IMG/VR virus record: IMGVR_UViG_3300028364_000014
Coordinates: 124,001-188,000 of that record
Direction: 5' to 3' (one strand)
DNA length: 64,000 nucleotides
Shown piece by piece: positions 29,144 through 37,834 of the stretch. The notes beneath the pieces are model-generated. The model was not told the DNA's origin and ran no database searches. It saw only the letters and a list, made by a program, of their open reading frames with translations. Numbering within the stretch: position 1 is the stretch's first letter; each line of letters opens with the position of its first letter. Position numbers and translations under genes: made by a program.

Positions 29144-29247
29144 GTAAGAACCGAAGCAAATAGTTCATCAAACTAAAAAGATAATGATGTAGTAAATCAT
29201 TACGTAACAAAAAACAACTTAAACTATTGGCACTCACTTGTTCTTAC
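29144..29247 (+). ncRNA. Recurring CGAA/ACUU motif
   Basis: gtaagaac-CGAA-gcaaatagtt-CATC...aactattggc-ACTC-ACTT-gttcttac. Confidence 0.7.
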
Positions 29248-29292
29248 AAAAGTATTCTAAAAATTCTTAATGAATTAATACAGGAGCCTCGT

Positions 29293-30231
29293 ATGACAGT
29301 GCAAAAATTTAATAATAGTGAAGTGGTATTAAACACTGATGTGTATTCATTACATTTTTTTAATCATGGAGAAGGTACTCCCGTATTTATAATCCCACCA
29401 CACGCAGGAAGACATGGAAACATCGCTCAAAAAATGATTGATATGTGTGTTAATCAAGACAAAACTGTCTTTGCTTTTGAACTTAAATCAGCAACTCAGG
29501 CTACAAAAAATACATCAATAAGTAATCTCATTGAAGCACTGACTGAGTGTCAAAACTTTATAGGTAAAAAAGTAGATATAATTGGGCTATGCCAAGGTGG
29601 ATGGGTTTCTGCTATCTATACTGCTTTATATCAGGAGCGAATTGAAAGATTTGCAGCTTTTGCAACCCCAATTAATACTAAGACCGGAAAGAAAAATGCA
29701 ATAGAAGATTATGTATCAAGTAATTCTTTTATTATAGCGTATCATAAAAAAATTGTAGAAATGCACAACGGTATCCAGCCAGGATATATGCAATGGTTGG
29801 CTTTCTCAATGGTTAGACCTGAGTACGTTTATATGGAACGATGGATGCGTTTACAGCAACTAATGTTGTCTTGTGATTATAATGGGCTTAAAAAATGGAA
29901 GAAAAATAATGACTGGTATGATGAACCACAAGACTTAGCAGGGGTTTGGTTTCTACAAGCTTTTAAGAATTTATTTTATAATAATGATCTTTATGAAGGA
30001 AGATGGAAAGTATGTAATAAAATAGTAAATCTTAATAATATAACTTGTCCTTGTTTTTTATATGCAGGAGAAGATGATGATATTACTCACCCACAACAAA
30101 TGTTTGATATGAAAAATAAAATAGGGACAACAAATGTTAAATGTACTTGTTTTCCGGGAGCTGGACATACTAAAGTATTTGTAGGTGCCAGTGAGCTTAA
30201 ACAATTTAAGAAGGATTTCTTTGGTGAGTAA
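29293..30231 (+). CDS. PHA synthase/depolymerase-like alpha/beta hydrolase (Cys nucleophile)
   Basis: PPHAG, GLCQGG nucleophile elbow, EDDDIT acid and GAGH His. Start corrected to the ATG after AGGAG. Confidence 0.75.
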   Translation: MTVQKFNNSEVVLNTDVYSLHFFNHGEGTPVFIIPPHAGRHGNIAQKMIDMCVNQDKTVFAFELKSATQATKNTSISNLIEALTECQNFIGKKVDIIGLCQGGWVSAIYTALYQERIERFAAFATPINTKTGKKNAIEDYVSSNSFIIAYHKKIVEMHNGIQPGYMQWLAFSMVRPEYVYMERWMRLQQLMLSCDYNGLKKWKKNNDWYDEPQDLAGVWFLQAFKNLFYNNDLYEGRWKVCNKIVNLNNITCPCFLYAGEDDDITHPQQMFDMKNKIGTTNVKCTCFPGAGHTKVFVGASELKQFKKDFFGE

Positions 30232-30232
30232 T

Positions 30233-30802
30233 ATGTTTAGTAAAATAGAAAATTGGTTTCTTAATCACTCAGCTGTGGAGAACACGGAACTAGAACATTA
30301 CTATTTTTTTATTTGTAGAACTAAGAATAAACTTGAAGACTTGTATTGGTATGGTCCCAAGAATTTTATTAAAAATGTATGGTTGTATAGAGAATTTCTA
30401 TGGACTAATCATTGGTGGGATTACGTTTATCTATTAGAAATGATAAGGACTAAACTTACTATTGATAGGCAGTATTATGATAAGTATGGTACTTCAGTAA
30501 GTTCAAAAATATATGCACTTGAAATGAAGCTTTGTGCTCTTATACTGGAAAGACTAATTAGAGATGATTATGATTCAGAACTCATTAATAAACATGATAA
30601 AAAATGGCGAATTGATCAATGTAATGGTGATGATTTTATTGATTGTATTAATAATAGAAAAAACCATTTAACGGGGAGTGAAAAAACTCAAGAAAAATTA
30701 GAGTACCTTCAAACCATTAAACAGATTAATGAAAATAAAGATAAAGATTTTGAGAAGGTTTTTACTTATATTTACAAAAATGTACAGAATTGGTGGGATT
30801 AA
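30233..30802 (+). CDS. Hypothetical protein
   Basis: ORF track; ATG directly after the previous stop. Confidence 0.6.
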   Translation: MFSKIENWFLNHSAVENTELEHYYFFICRTKNKLEDLYWYGPKNFIKNVWLYREFLWTNHWWDYVYLLEMIRTKLTIDRQYYDKYGTSVSSKIYALEMKLCALILERLIRDDYDSELINKHDKKWRIDQCNGDDFIDCINNRKNHLTGSEKTQEKLEYLQTIKQINENKDKDFEKVFTYIYKNVQNWWD

Positions 30803-30821
30803 TAGTAAGATCTAGTATAAA

Positions 30822-31037
30822 GAGCGTGTGACGGCAAAAGGAAGCCGGCCTCAAAACGGAGGGGGTAAGGTTAATCACCTAAGAGTTAAATTTATACCCG
30901 TATGGTTGTGAAAGGTCACTGCTCTGTGGGCCTATAAAGGTTTGGTAAACACATCAGGAAGCCCGTTATCCAAGGGAAAAATGCTGGCGGTAATGTTCCA
31001 GTAACTCTAAATGCAGGTTCGAGTCCTGTCACGCTCA
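30822..31037 (+). ncRNA. Giant tRNA-like RNA (216 nt) with an expanded variable region
   Basis: Perfect GAGCGTG/CACGCTC acceptor with A73, CGGC/GCCG D-stem and GCAGG-TTCGAGT-CCTGT T-arm around a multi-hairpin insert of about 145 nt. Confidence 0.7.
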
Positions 31038-31058
31038 CTAATTTTAAATAAGGAATAT

Positions 31059-31148
31059 TCCAGAGTACTCTAATGGAAAGAGGCTTGCCTGTTAAGCAAG
31101 TGTAGTCCTTAATTTGGTATGGTGGTTCGAATCCACCCTCTGGAGCCA
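31059..31148 (+). tRNA. tRNA-Asn(GTT) with a long (20-nt) variable region
   Basis: TCCAGAG/CTCTGGA acceptor, G73 and CCA; CTTGC-CTGTTAA-GCAAG. Confidence 0.85.
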
Positions 31149-31158
31149 AAAAACATAA

Positions 31159-31233
31159 GCGGAAGTAATTCAATTGGTAGAAGCCTATCCTCCAAGATAG
31201 TTAATGCAAGTTCAATCCTTGCCTTCCGCTCCA
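31159..31233 (+). tRNA. tRNA-Gly-like RNA with a 6-nt anticodon loop (CTCCAA) and encoded CCA
   Basis: GCGGAAG/CTTCCGC acceptor, U73, CCA; paralog of 19662-19736. Confidence 0.75.
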
Positions 31234-31244
31234 TTAATTAATAA

Positions 31245-31330
31245 GCGTCGTTAACCCGTACATGGAAGCGGTCCAGTCTGTAAAACTGGTGGCCTAACGG
31301 TCTCGGGATGTTCGAGTCATCCACGGCGCA
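31245..31330 (+). tRNA. tRNA-Tyr(GTA)
   Basis: Type II cloverleaf; CCAGT-CTGTAAA-ACTGG. Confidence 0.9.
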
Positions 31331-31403
31331 CAATTAAGTTTCAAATTATTTTAGATAAAGTTCCACGAGATAGAAGTAAAATAAAACTTTAAAAGGAAAA
31401 ACG

Positions 31404-32624
31404 ATGAAACTATTGAAACTATATAGTCAATTCTATATAAAAAAATTTATTAATCTTTTAAATACTGAAGCCATCCCTCTTGAAATTGTGGATTTATCTG
31501 GTAAGGTATATAAAACCGCGTCAAATAGCATTAGCCATAGGTTAATTATAAAAGATCCTAGATTTTTTAAATCTTTACATTCCCCTAATGCTTTATCTTT
31601 AGGTGAAGCCTACATTAAAGAATACTTTGACATTGAAGGGGATGTTAGAACGCTATATACCATGCTTCATGATAGAATATTGAATACTGAGCAAAAGAAA
31701 AATAAACTAACCTCTTTCATAAAATCTTTTGTGGATGTAAGACAAAAGGAAAAAGAAAATATTGAGTATCACTATGACGCTCCTAGTACTTTTTATAGAA
31801 TTTTTTTAGGGCGAACAATGGGCTATACGTGTGGTTATTATCCTGATCAAACCACCACAATGAGTGAAGCACAAGAAAGAAAAATGGATATCATCTGTAA
31901 AAAATTAAAATTGAAAAAAGGTGAGCATCTTCTAGATGTTGGGTGTGGTTGGGGTAATTTTGCAATTTATGCTGCTGAACACTATGGAGTTACTGTCACA
32001 GGTATTACTTTAAGTGAAGAACAAAAAATATATGCAGACAAATTAGTAGAGGCAAGTCAACTCAGTGTTTCAATTAAAATTATGAACTACCGTGACCTTC
32101 CGTTAAATTATTATGATAAAATATCATGTATTGGGATGTCAGAGCATGTAGGTCAAAAACATATGCAGGAATTTTTTAATACTATATATAAAACACTTAA
32201 ACAAGGCGGATTATTTCTACATCATAGTATCACAACTAATACTAAAAGACAAAAAGGATTAGAAAATTCTTTTTTAAATAAATACATGTACCCTGGAGGG
32301 GAGTTAATGTTTGAGCACGATCTTGTTAAGTGTGCTGAAATAGCTAACTTTGAGTTACTAAATGCTGAGAACTTTAGACCTCATTATGTTACAACGTTGA
32401 ATGATTGGATAGATCGAATAGAGGATAGAAAGTCTGATATATTGAATGTTATTTCCGAACAAGTGTATAGAATATACCATACTTTTTTTATAGGGTCAGC
32501 AGCCTCATTCAAATTAAAAGAAATATCCTTATTTCAAAATCTTTTTTATAAGACTAGTGTATATGACACTGACAATTATTTTAATAGTATCTGTGACTAC
32601 TCCCCCTCTAAGCCGAAGCTATAG
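31404..32624 (+). CDS. cfa: Cyclopropane-fatty-acyl-phospholipid synthase (C-terminus replaced by IS end)
   Basis: IEYHYD, MGYTCGYY, LLDVGCGWG, GITLSEEQ, GMSEHVG, KYMYPGG and HYVTTL..W. Confidence 0.9.
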   Translation: MKLLKLYSQFYIKKFINLLNTEAIPLEIVDLSGKVYKTASNSISHRLIIKDPRFFKSLHSPNALSLGEAYIKEYFDIEGDVRTLYTMLHDRILNTEQKKNKLTSFIKSFVDVRQKEKENIEYHYDAPSTFYRIFLGRTMGYTCGYYPDQTTTMSEAQERKMDIICKKLKLKKGEHLLDVGCGWGNFAIYAAEHYGVTVTGITLSEEQKIYADKLVEASQLSVSIKIMNYRDLPLNYYDKISCIGMSEHVGQKHMQEFFNTIYKTLKQGGLFLHHSITTNTKRQKGLENSFLNKYMYPGGELMFEHDLVKCAEIANFELLNAENFRPHYVTTLNDWIDRIEDRKSDILNVISEQVYRIYHTFFIGSAASFKLKEISLFQNLFYKTSVYDTDNYFNSICDYSPSKPKL

Positions 32625-33874
32625 AGGAGGCTTCTTGGGGGATTAACCCCTGAGACTGTAGCCCCAGTCTCAAAATATTTATGGCAGCATTATGGTCTCT
32701 ATTTAGTACTAAATTGCAGTGAGGACACCTGTGAATTCTGGTTGAAAGGGTCTTTTTTACGACCCGCCCGCAAGCTGGATTTGAGCACATTTGGGATGTA
32801 TATGCTGGATTTACTGGTATTAATTGTTTGCCTAAAATTGATGCTTTATATTGTAGAAAAAGTATGAACTTATTCCAGCTTGCGTCAGCGATAGATTTAT
32901 TTAAACCAGATTTTACCGACGCACCATTAGGTAAATATCCATCAGAATTAGGATCTTTTATTGGAGTAGCTCGCTTAACCATATTCTTTACGTCAAGTTT
33001 TTCATAAACTATAACATTGGAGATAGACAAGAGCTTGTTGGCTGTTTTATGGAGAAAATCATTACGTTGGCACTTTATTCTGTAATGACATTTCCTAATT
33101 GCTTTTAACAGCCTGTAGTATTTCTTTGTTCTTTTAGTAGTTTTTGATAACTTTCTTTGTAGATTAGCGAGACTTTTTTCATTAGCTCTAAAACTTTTTG
33201 GTGATTTTACAGAATTTCCATCTGAATCATAATAGAAATCATTTAAACCTAAATCTATTCCTAAAAAGGTAGTTGGATTCTGCTTAATCTCTACTTTAAG
33301 ATGATTCTCAAAGGAGAAGCAGACAAACCATTTACCAGCTTCTTTGGATATAGTTAAGGTTTTAATTGTTCCATTTTCTGGAATTTCTCTGTGGTATTTA
33401 ATCTTAATATTACCTATTTTGGAGATTTTTAGTATACCATCGACAGGACGTTCTTTAAACTGTGGGTAAGTAATGCTGCTCCAGTCTTTAAACTTTTTAA
33501 ACTTTGGAAAACCCGCCTTAGCTTCCCCAGATTTAATTCTTCTGAAGAAAGATTTATAGGCTGTGTCTAAACGTTTTAGTGTATTTTGAAGCACCTGTGA
33601 ATGTACTGAACCAAACCACGGACGTTCTTTCTTTAGAAAAGTAAGTTCATTGCTTTGTTCAAAAAGACTGATTGAAATACTGTGGTTTTCATAAAGCCAG
33701 ATTCTGTCCTCAAGAGCCCAGTTATACAAATACCTACACATGGAGAACTGATTCTCCAGGCGTGTGGTTTGAGCTTTAGTAGGATAAATTCTGTATTTAT
33801 GTGTAAGTAGCATTTCTCTCCATAAGTAAAATAATTAGTTTCTAATACATAATATATCACAGCATGTGATGTAT
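32593..33874 (-). mobile_element. IS200/IS605-family tnpB-only element (IS1341-like)
   Basis: The - strand right end has a subterminal hairpin ending in TCAC at 32593; left end adjoins TTGAC; rejoining the flanks restores an in-frame cfa C-terminus. No tnpA is present in the window. Confidence 0.8.
32608..33813 (-). CDS. tnpB: RNA-guided endonuclease TnpB
   Basis: HKYRIYPT HTH, GIDLG (RuvC-I), VYEKL (RuvC-II), TSQMCS..C zinc finger and RDHNAAINI (RuvC-III). Confidence 0.95.
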   Translation of the reverse strand: MLLTHKYRIYPTKAQTTRLENQFSMCRYLYNWALEDRIWLYENHSISISLFEQSNELTFLKKERPWFGSVHSQVLQNTLKRLDTAYKSFFRRIKSGEAKAGFPKFKKFKDWSSITYPQFKERPVDGILKISKIGNIKIKYHREIPENGTIKTLTISKEAGKWFVCFSFENHLKVEIKQNPTTFLGIDLGLNDFYYDSDGNSVKSPKSFRANEKSLANLQRKLSKTTKRTKKYYRLLKAIRKCHYRIKCQRNDFLHKTANKLLSISNVIVYEKLDVKNMVKRATPIKDPNSDGYLPNGASVKSGLNKSIADASWNKFILFLQYKASILGKQLIPVNPAYTSQMCSNPACGRVVKKTLSTRIHRCPHCNLVLNRDHNAAINILRLGLQSQGLIPQEASSIASA

Positions 33875-33986
33875 GTCAACTAAAAACTTTAACTTATTTA
33901 TAAATAGGTTAAATAAACCAGTTCGGCCTATCCATCCACCACCAAACTTTGTTATGGTGGGGGTATTTCGGCCGGGGAAGATAAAT

Positions 33987-34068
33987 GCCGGAATGATGGA
34001 ATGAAGACATACAGGACTTAAAATCCTGTGACCGTAAGGTCGTGGGGGTTCGTATCCCCCTTCCGGCA
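33987..34068 (+). tRNA. tRNA-Leu(TAA)
   Basis: Type II cloverleaf; CAGGA-CTTAAAA-TCCTG; A73. Confidence 0.9.
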
Positions 34069-34148
34069 CATATAAATTTAGTTTAAAGAGCTTTTAACTT
34101 TTCTATAAATTGATGTTAAAGTGTGACAATAGTGTAAAGTAACAACAT

Positions 34149-34221
34149 AGGGCTATCGTCCAGCCTGGTAGGACAACACCCTTTGACGGTGTTGACATAG
34201 GTTCAAATCCTATTAGCCCTT
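34149..34221 (+). tRNA. tRNA-Gln(TTG)
   Basis: AGGGCTA/TAGCCCT acceptor; ACACC-CTTTGAC-GGTGT. Confidence 0.88.
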
Positions 34222-34239
34222 CACTAAAAAGGAAGAAAA

Positions 34240-34563
34240 ATGAATGACACAGTAGGTATATTTTACGAACTATCTGATGGAAGAATTGCTAAAACATATG
34301 GATTTTCAGATAAGGGGAATACTGTTTCTTATTATTTTGATAAGGAACAAGGTAGCCATAGCATTTCTAATAATAAGTTCCAATCTTGGAAGCCAAGACT
34401 AGATCTAAAAGATTTTCCAAATGCCTCTGACCCTAGGTTACCTTATATTTTTGATTTATATTATGATATTAAATATACGTCTGAACTTAAGAAAGAACTT
34501 AAAAACCACTTGTATGAAGATGAAATTAAAGAGTTAATGATTGAGCATAATATTGTATTATAG
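34240..34563 (+). CDS. Hypothetical protein
   Basis: AAGGA RBS. Confidence 0.6.
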   Translation: MNDTVGIFYELSDGRIAKTYGFSDKGNTVSYYFDKEQGSHSISNNKFQSWKPRLDLKDFPNASDPRLPYIFDLYYDIKYTSELKKELKNHLYEDEIKELMIEHNIVL

Positions 34564-34976
34564 AAGGGAGAAAGAGATGAATAATAACAACGGTGAAGTA
34601 AACACAAGTAAAAAATTAATGGAGCTTTCTTATAATAAAGAATATTATATTATGAATCTAAGTACTCCTGGGGGGCAAAGTGAGGTACTATCCATGTATA
34701 AACGAGCACATGTTATTTATAAAGATAAGACCATTACAGAATTTTCATTTCCTCCCCCTAACAGATCTCCCGTCCTTATAGAATGTGATGATGCAGGTGA
34801 AATTAAACACACTATCAGCTCTATGAGAGTTTATTACGATAAAGAAGCTGCTACTAAAGGAGTAATTCAAAAACGTATTGAACTTTATCAAAATAAAGCC
34901 GAAGATTACAGGTATAAAATTGATACTATAAATAGCGAAATTAATAAATTGATGAAATATATTTAAGGATAAAATA

Positions 34977-35390
34977 ATGCTAGAAAGAAATGTAATGCAT
35001 GTATTTACAGATGGGGCATGTTCTGGTAACCCTGGACCTGCTGGTGCTGGAGCAGTGCTACATTATAATGGAGAAGAATGTAATTTATTTAAGTATCTTG
35101 GTAATGCTACAAGTAATATTGCTGAATTGTCTGCTATTAAAATGGCATTAGAAATAATTAAATCAGAATCTCAAGTAAGAATTTACACTGATAGTAATTA
35201 TTGTATTGGTGTATTAAGTAAAAACTGGAAAGCAAAAGTAAATGTTGAACTAATAAGAAATATTAAAACTATGCTTAAAAATTTTAAGAGCATTCAATTC
35301 ATAAAAATAAAAGGACACTCAGGACACACATATAATGAAAGAGCGGACACATTAGCAGTTAAAGCATATCAACCATACCTAATCCATTAG
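34977..35390 (+). CDS. rnhA: Ribonuclease HI
   Basis: FTDGACSGNPGPAG, TSNIAELSA, YTDSNY and KGHSG..YNERAD. Confidence 0.93.
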   Translation: MLERNVMHVFTDGACSGNPGPAGAGAVLHYNGEECNLFKYLGNATSNIAELSAIKMALEIIKSESQVRIYTDSNYCIGVLSKNWKAKVNVELIRNIKTMLKNFKSIQFIKIKGHSGHTYNERADTLAVKAYQPYLIH

Positions 35391-35449
35391 AGATATTCTA
35401 GCCAAAGAAAAATAATAAAGTAACTATATAACTAGTAAAGGGGTGTCAC

Positions 35450-35920
35450 ATGGCAGCTACAATGGCACAACTACAAAACGCTATACTACTTTCAACAAAG
35501 GCTCACTACGGTCAGTACGACAAAGCAGGAGCTCCTTATATCTTACACCCTATTAGGGTAATGATGAGAATGCCGACCATTGAGGGGAAAATAGTGGCTA
35601 TAGGGCATGATATTATAGAAGACACGCCTATCACTATAGCAGATCTAGTTAGAGAAGACTGGCCTGATGAATGTGTTTATGCTATTGACAGTATGACTAA
35701 ATGTAAAAATGAGAAGTACTCAGATTATTTAGATAGGGTTATTAGTGATCCATTAGCTTCTGAATGTAAACTAGAAGATATGAGAGACAACTCAAATATT
35801 TATAGACTTCAAAAAGTAGCTAAACACCATCTTCGAATGATAGCAAAATACCATAAAGGAGCAACAAGAATATTAAAAGCATACCCTGAATTCGCTCCTA
35901 GATTTACATTAATAAATTAA
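35450..35920 (+). CDS. HD-domain hydrolase of the RelA/SpoT (small alarmone hydrolase-like) type
   Basis: AH.GQ.DKAG.PYILHP, HDIIEDT and KLEDMRDN (compare KLADRLHN). Confidence 0.7.
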   Translation: MAATMAQLQNAILLSTKAHYGQYDKAGAPYILHPIRVMMRMPTIEGKIVAIGHDIIEDTPITIADLVREDWPDECVYAIDSMTKCKNEKYSDYLDRVISDPLASECKLEDMRDNSNIYRLQKVAKHHLRMIAKYHKGATRILKAYPEFAPRFTLIN

Positions 35921-35934
35921 AAGGAAATGAACAA

Positions 35935-36339
35935 ATGTTTAAAAAACAATTATTAACGTTAGCACTAATGATTTTTACAGTCATGAGTTTTACAGCTTGT
36001 GCCCCTAAATCTTTTACTACTTCTGAAAAGGTTATTTACACATCGGTAAAATCTCTACAAGCCGCAAAAGAACTTAGAGTAACAGCTCTTAAAACTATTG
36101 GAGATATGTACAAAGCGGGTATCCTAATAGACACAGATTTTCAAAAAGATGTTATTAGAGTTGGGGACAATTTACAGGAGGCAATAAATACTACTTCAGA
36201 AACTATTTTAATATATTATAATGCGTCTACCATCAAAAATAAAGAAACCTTAGCAGAAAAAATATCTTTGTATCAAAAAATTTATGGCGAATTCTCGGAC
36301 TTAGTTATGCCTTATGTTCTTGAACATTTGGTAGAATAA
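35935..36339 (+). CDS. Lipoprotein
   Basis: Signal peptide with FTAC lipobox. Confidence 0.7.
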   Translation: MFKKQLLTLALMIFTVMSFTACAPKSFTTSEKVIYTSVKSLQAAKELRVTALKTIGDMYKAGILIDTDFQKDVIRVGDNLQEAINTTSETILIYYNASTIKNKETLAEKISLYQKIYGEFSDLVMPYVLEHLVE

Positions 36340-36579
36340 AGGAGGAAACTTATGGATGATTCAACAAAAATTCAAGTTGGTGTAGCTGGACTTGAGGCGT
36401 TATTTAAGTACGGTCTTCCTGCAATGATTAGCATGTTGACTATTCTTAATAACAAAGAAAAAATTACTATAGAAGATATTTTAGCCTTAAGAGGTGAACT
36501 TGATTCTGCTAGTTATTTTGAACCAGAACTTGAAATTCCACCAGTTTTAAAAAACTAGGTTTAATTGTTTAAAATAAAA

Positions 36580-36618
36580 GGCACGACCTAGTAAATTACT
36601 AGGTTGTGTCTTTTTTTT
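36580..36618 (+). terminator. Intrinsic terminator
   Basis: GGCACGACCTAG/CTAGGTTGTGTC hairpin followed by T8. Confidence 0.85.
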
Positions 36619-36861
36619 ATTCCAGGAGGTTCTGATGAAAAATAGAATTTTTCACTTCTATGAATGGAGAGAGTATTACTTAATTCTACCTAAAAAAATT
36701 AATAAGCATTGGAGATGGTTTGAAACTGTTGAAAGACGTAGAGCATTAACACCGGATTCTAATCAAACAGACACTCTATCATATAAATGGGTGTATCGAA
36801 TCAAGGAGTATAATAAAATACCTGGATGGGATAGACCTTTTGAATCAGGAATAGATGATAA

Positions 36862-37188
36862 ATGAACTATTGTATATACGCTTTTGTAGATGAAGAAGAT
36901 AATCCATATTACATAGGAAAAACTAAAAACTATAACAAACGCTACAAAGATCATTTATTTGAAGTTAAAACAAAAAACATGCTTCCAAAATATATACAAG
37001 CTAGAAAGTTATTTGGAGAAGGTCACAGTTTTAAAATGAAAAAATTGGCGGAAGTTGCTACTGAACAAGACGCTTGGTTAATTGAGCGTGTATTCATTAA
37101 AGAATATTTTAAACGTGGATATAAACTCACCAATTTAACTAAAGGCGGACCAAACGAAGAGCTATTTAAACCTAAAAACAAGGTATAA
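36862..37188 (+). CDS. GIY-YIG nuclease
   Basis: CIYAF...PYYIGKT..R...H ... E. Confidence 0.8.
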   Translation: MNYCIYAFVDEEDNPYYIGKTKNYNKRYKDHLFEVKTKNMLPKYIQARKLFGEGHSFKMKKLAEVATEQDAWLIERVFIKEYFKRGYKLTNLTKGGPNEELFKPKNKV

Positions 37189-37354
37189 TATGTCAATAAC
37201 AGGAATAATTTTATTTTGTATAATAATAGTGTGGATTTATGTAATAAAAAATCAAAAATATGAGCACCCAAAACAAATAGAATGGGAAATATTGGATTGG
37301 AATGAGATGCCTACACCTAAACAAGAAAAAACAATAAATAATAAAGGAAAATAA

Positions 37355-37825
37355 ATGCAATCAACCACTACTTGGACAACAACTTATGATACGTACTCAA
37401 TAAAAAAGGCGGCTCAAGACTGTCGTGATAATAATAAACTCATGTATGAAAATGAAGTATCCTATAGTCACCAACCTGAAACAACTCAGGGCATTAAAAA
37501 AGCTTCAAGAAAAAGCACCGATGAAATAATTGCAGGATTGAATAAAGCTGTAGAGGGCATTCACTTGGATATGCATGAAAATAATTACGATGAGCCTAAA
37601 ATAATACCTACTATTAGAAAATTCTTAAAAGAAAAAACACCAGGTCACTACGAAATTCCTATTGTATCTGCAGTAACAACAGAAAGTAAAAAAGAAGTAA
37701 AATCTTCTGAGAATATCTATAAAGAAAGGGCTGACACACGTCCTTTCCCGTCGACAAAAGCAAACAAAGAAAAAGAACTTCCATTTAAAGATCTTACACC
37801 GGAAGAATGTGCAGCGTTTATTTAA
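37355..37825 (+). CDS. Hypothetical protein
   Basis: AAGGA RBS. Confidence 0.6.
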   Translation: MQSTTTWTTTYDTYSIKKAAQDCRDNNKLMYENEVSYSHQPETTQGIKKASRKSTDEIIAGLNKAVEGIHLDMHENNYDEPKIIPTIRKFLKEKTPGHYEIPIVSAVTTESKKEVKSSENIYKERADTRPFPSTKANKEKELPFKDLTPEECAAFI

Positions 37826-37834
37826 GGAGATTAA

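Noticed and set aside
30916-31173. ORF-track hits overlapping RNA genes (also 16296-16487, 19643-19876, 21105-21332, 28291-28485, 33857-34069)
   Set aside because: They are shadows of tRNA/ncRNA genes, without RBS or protein-like motifs.
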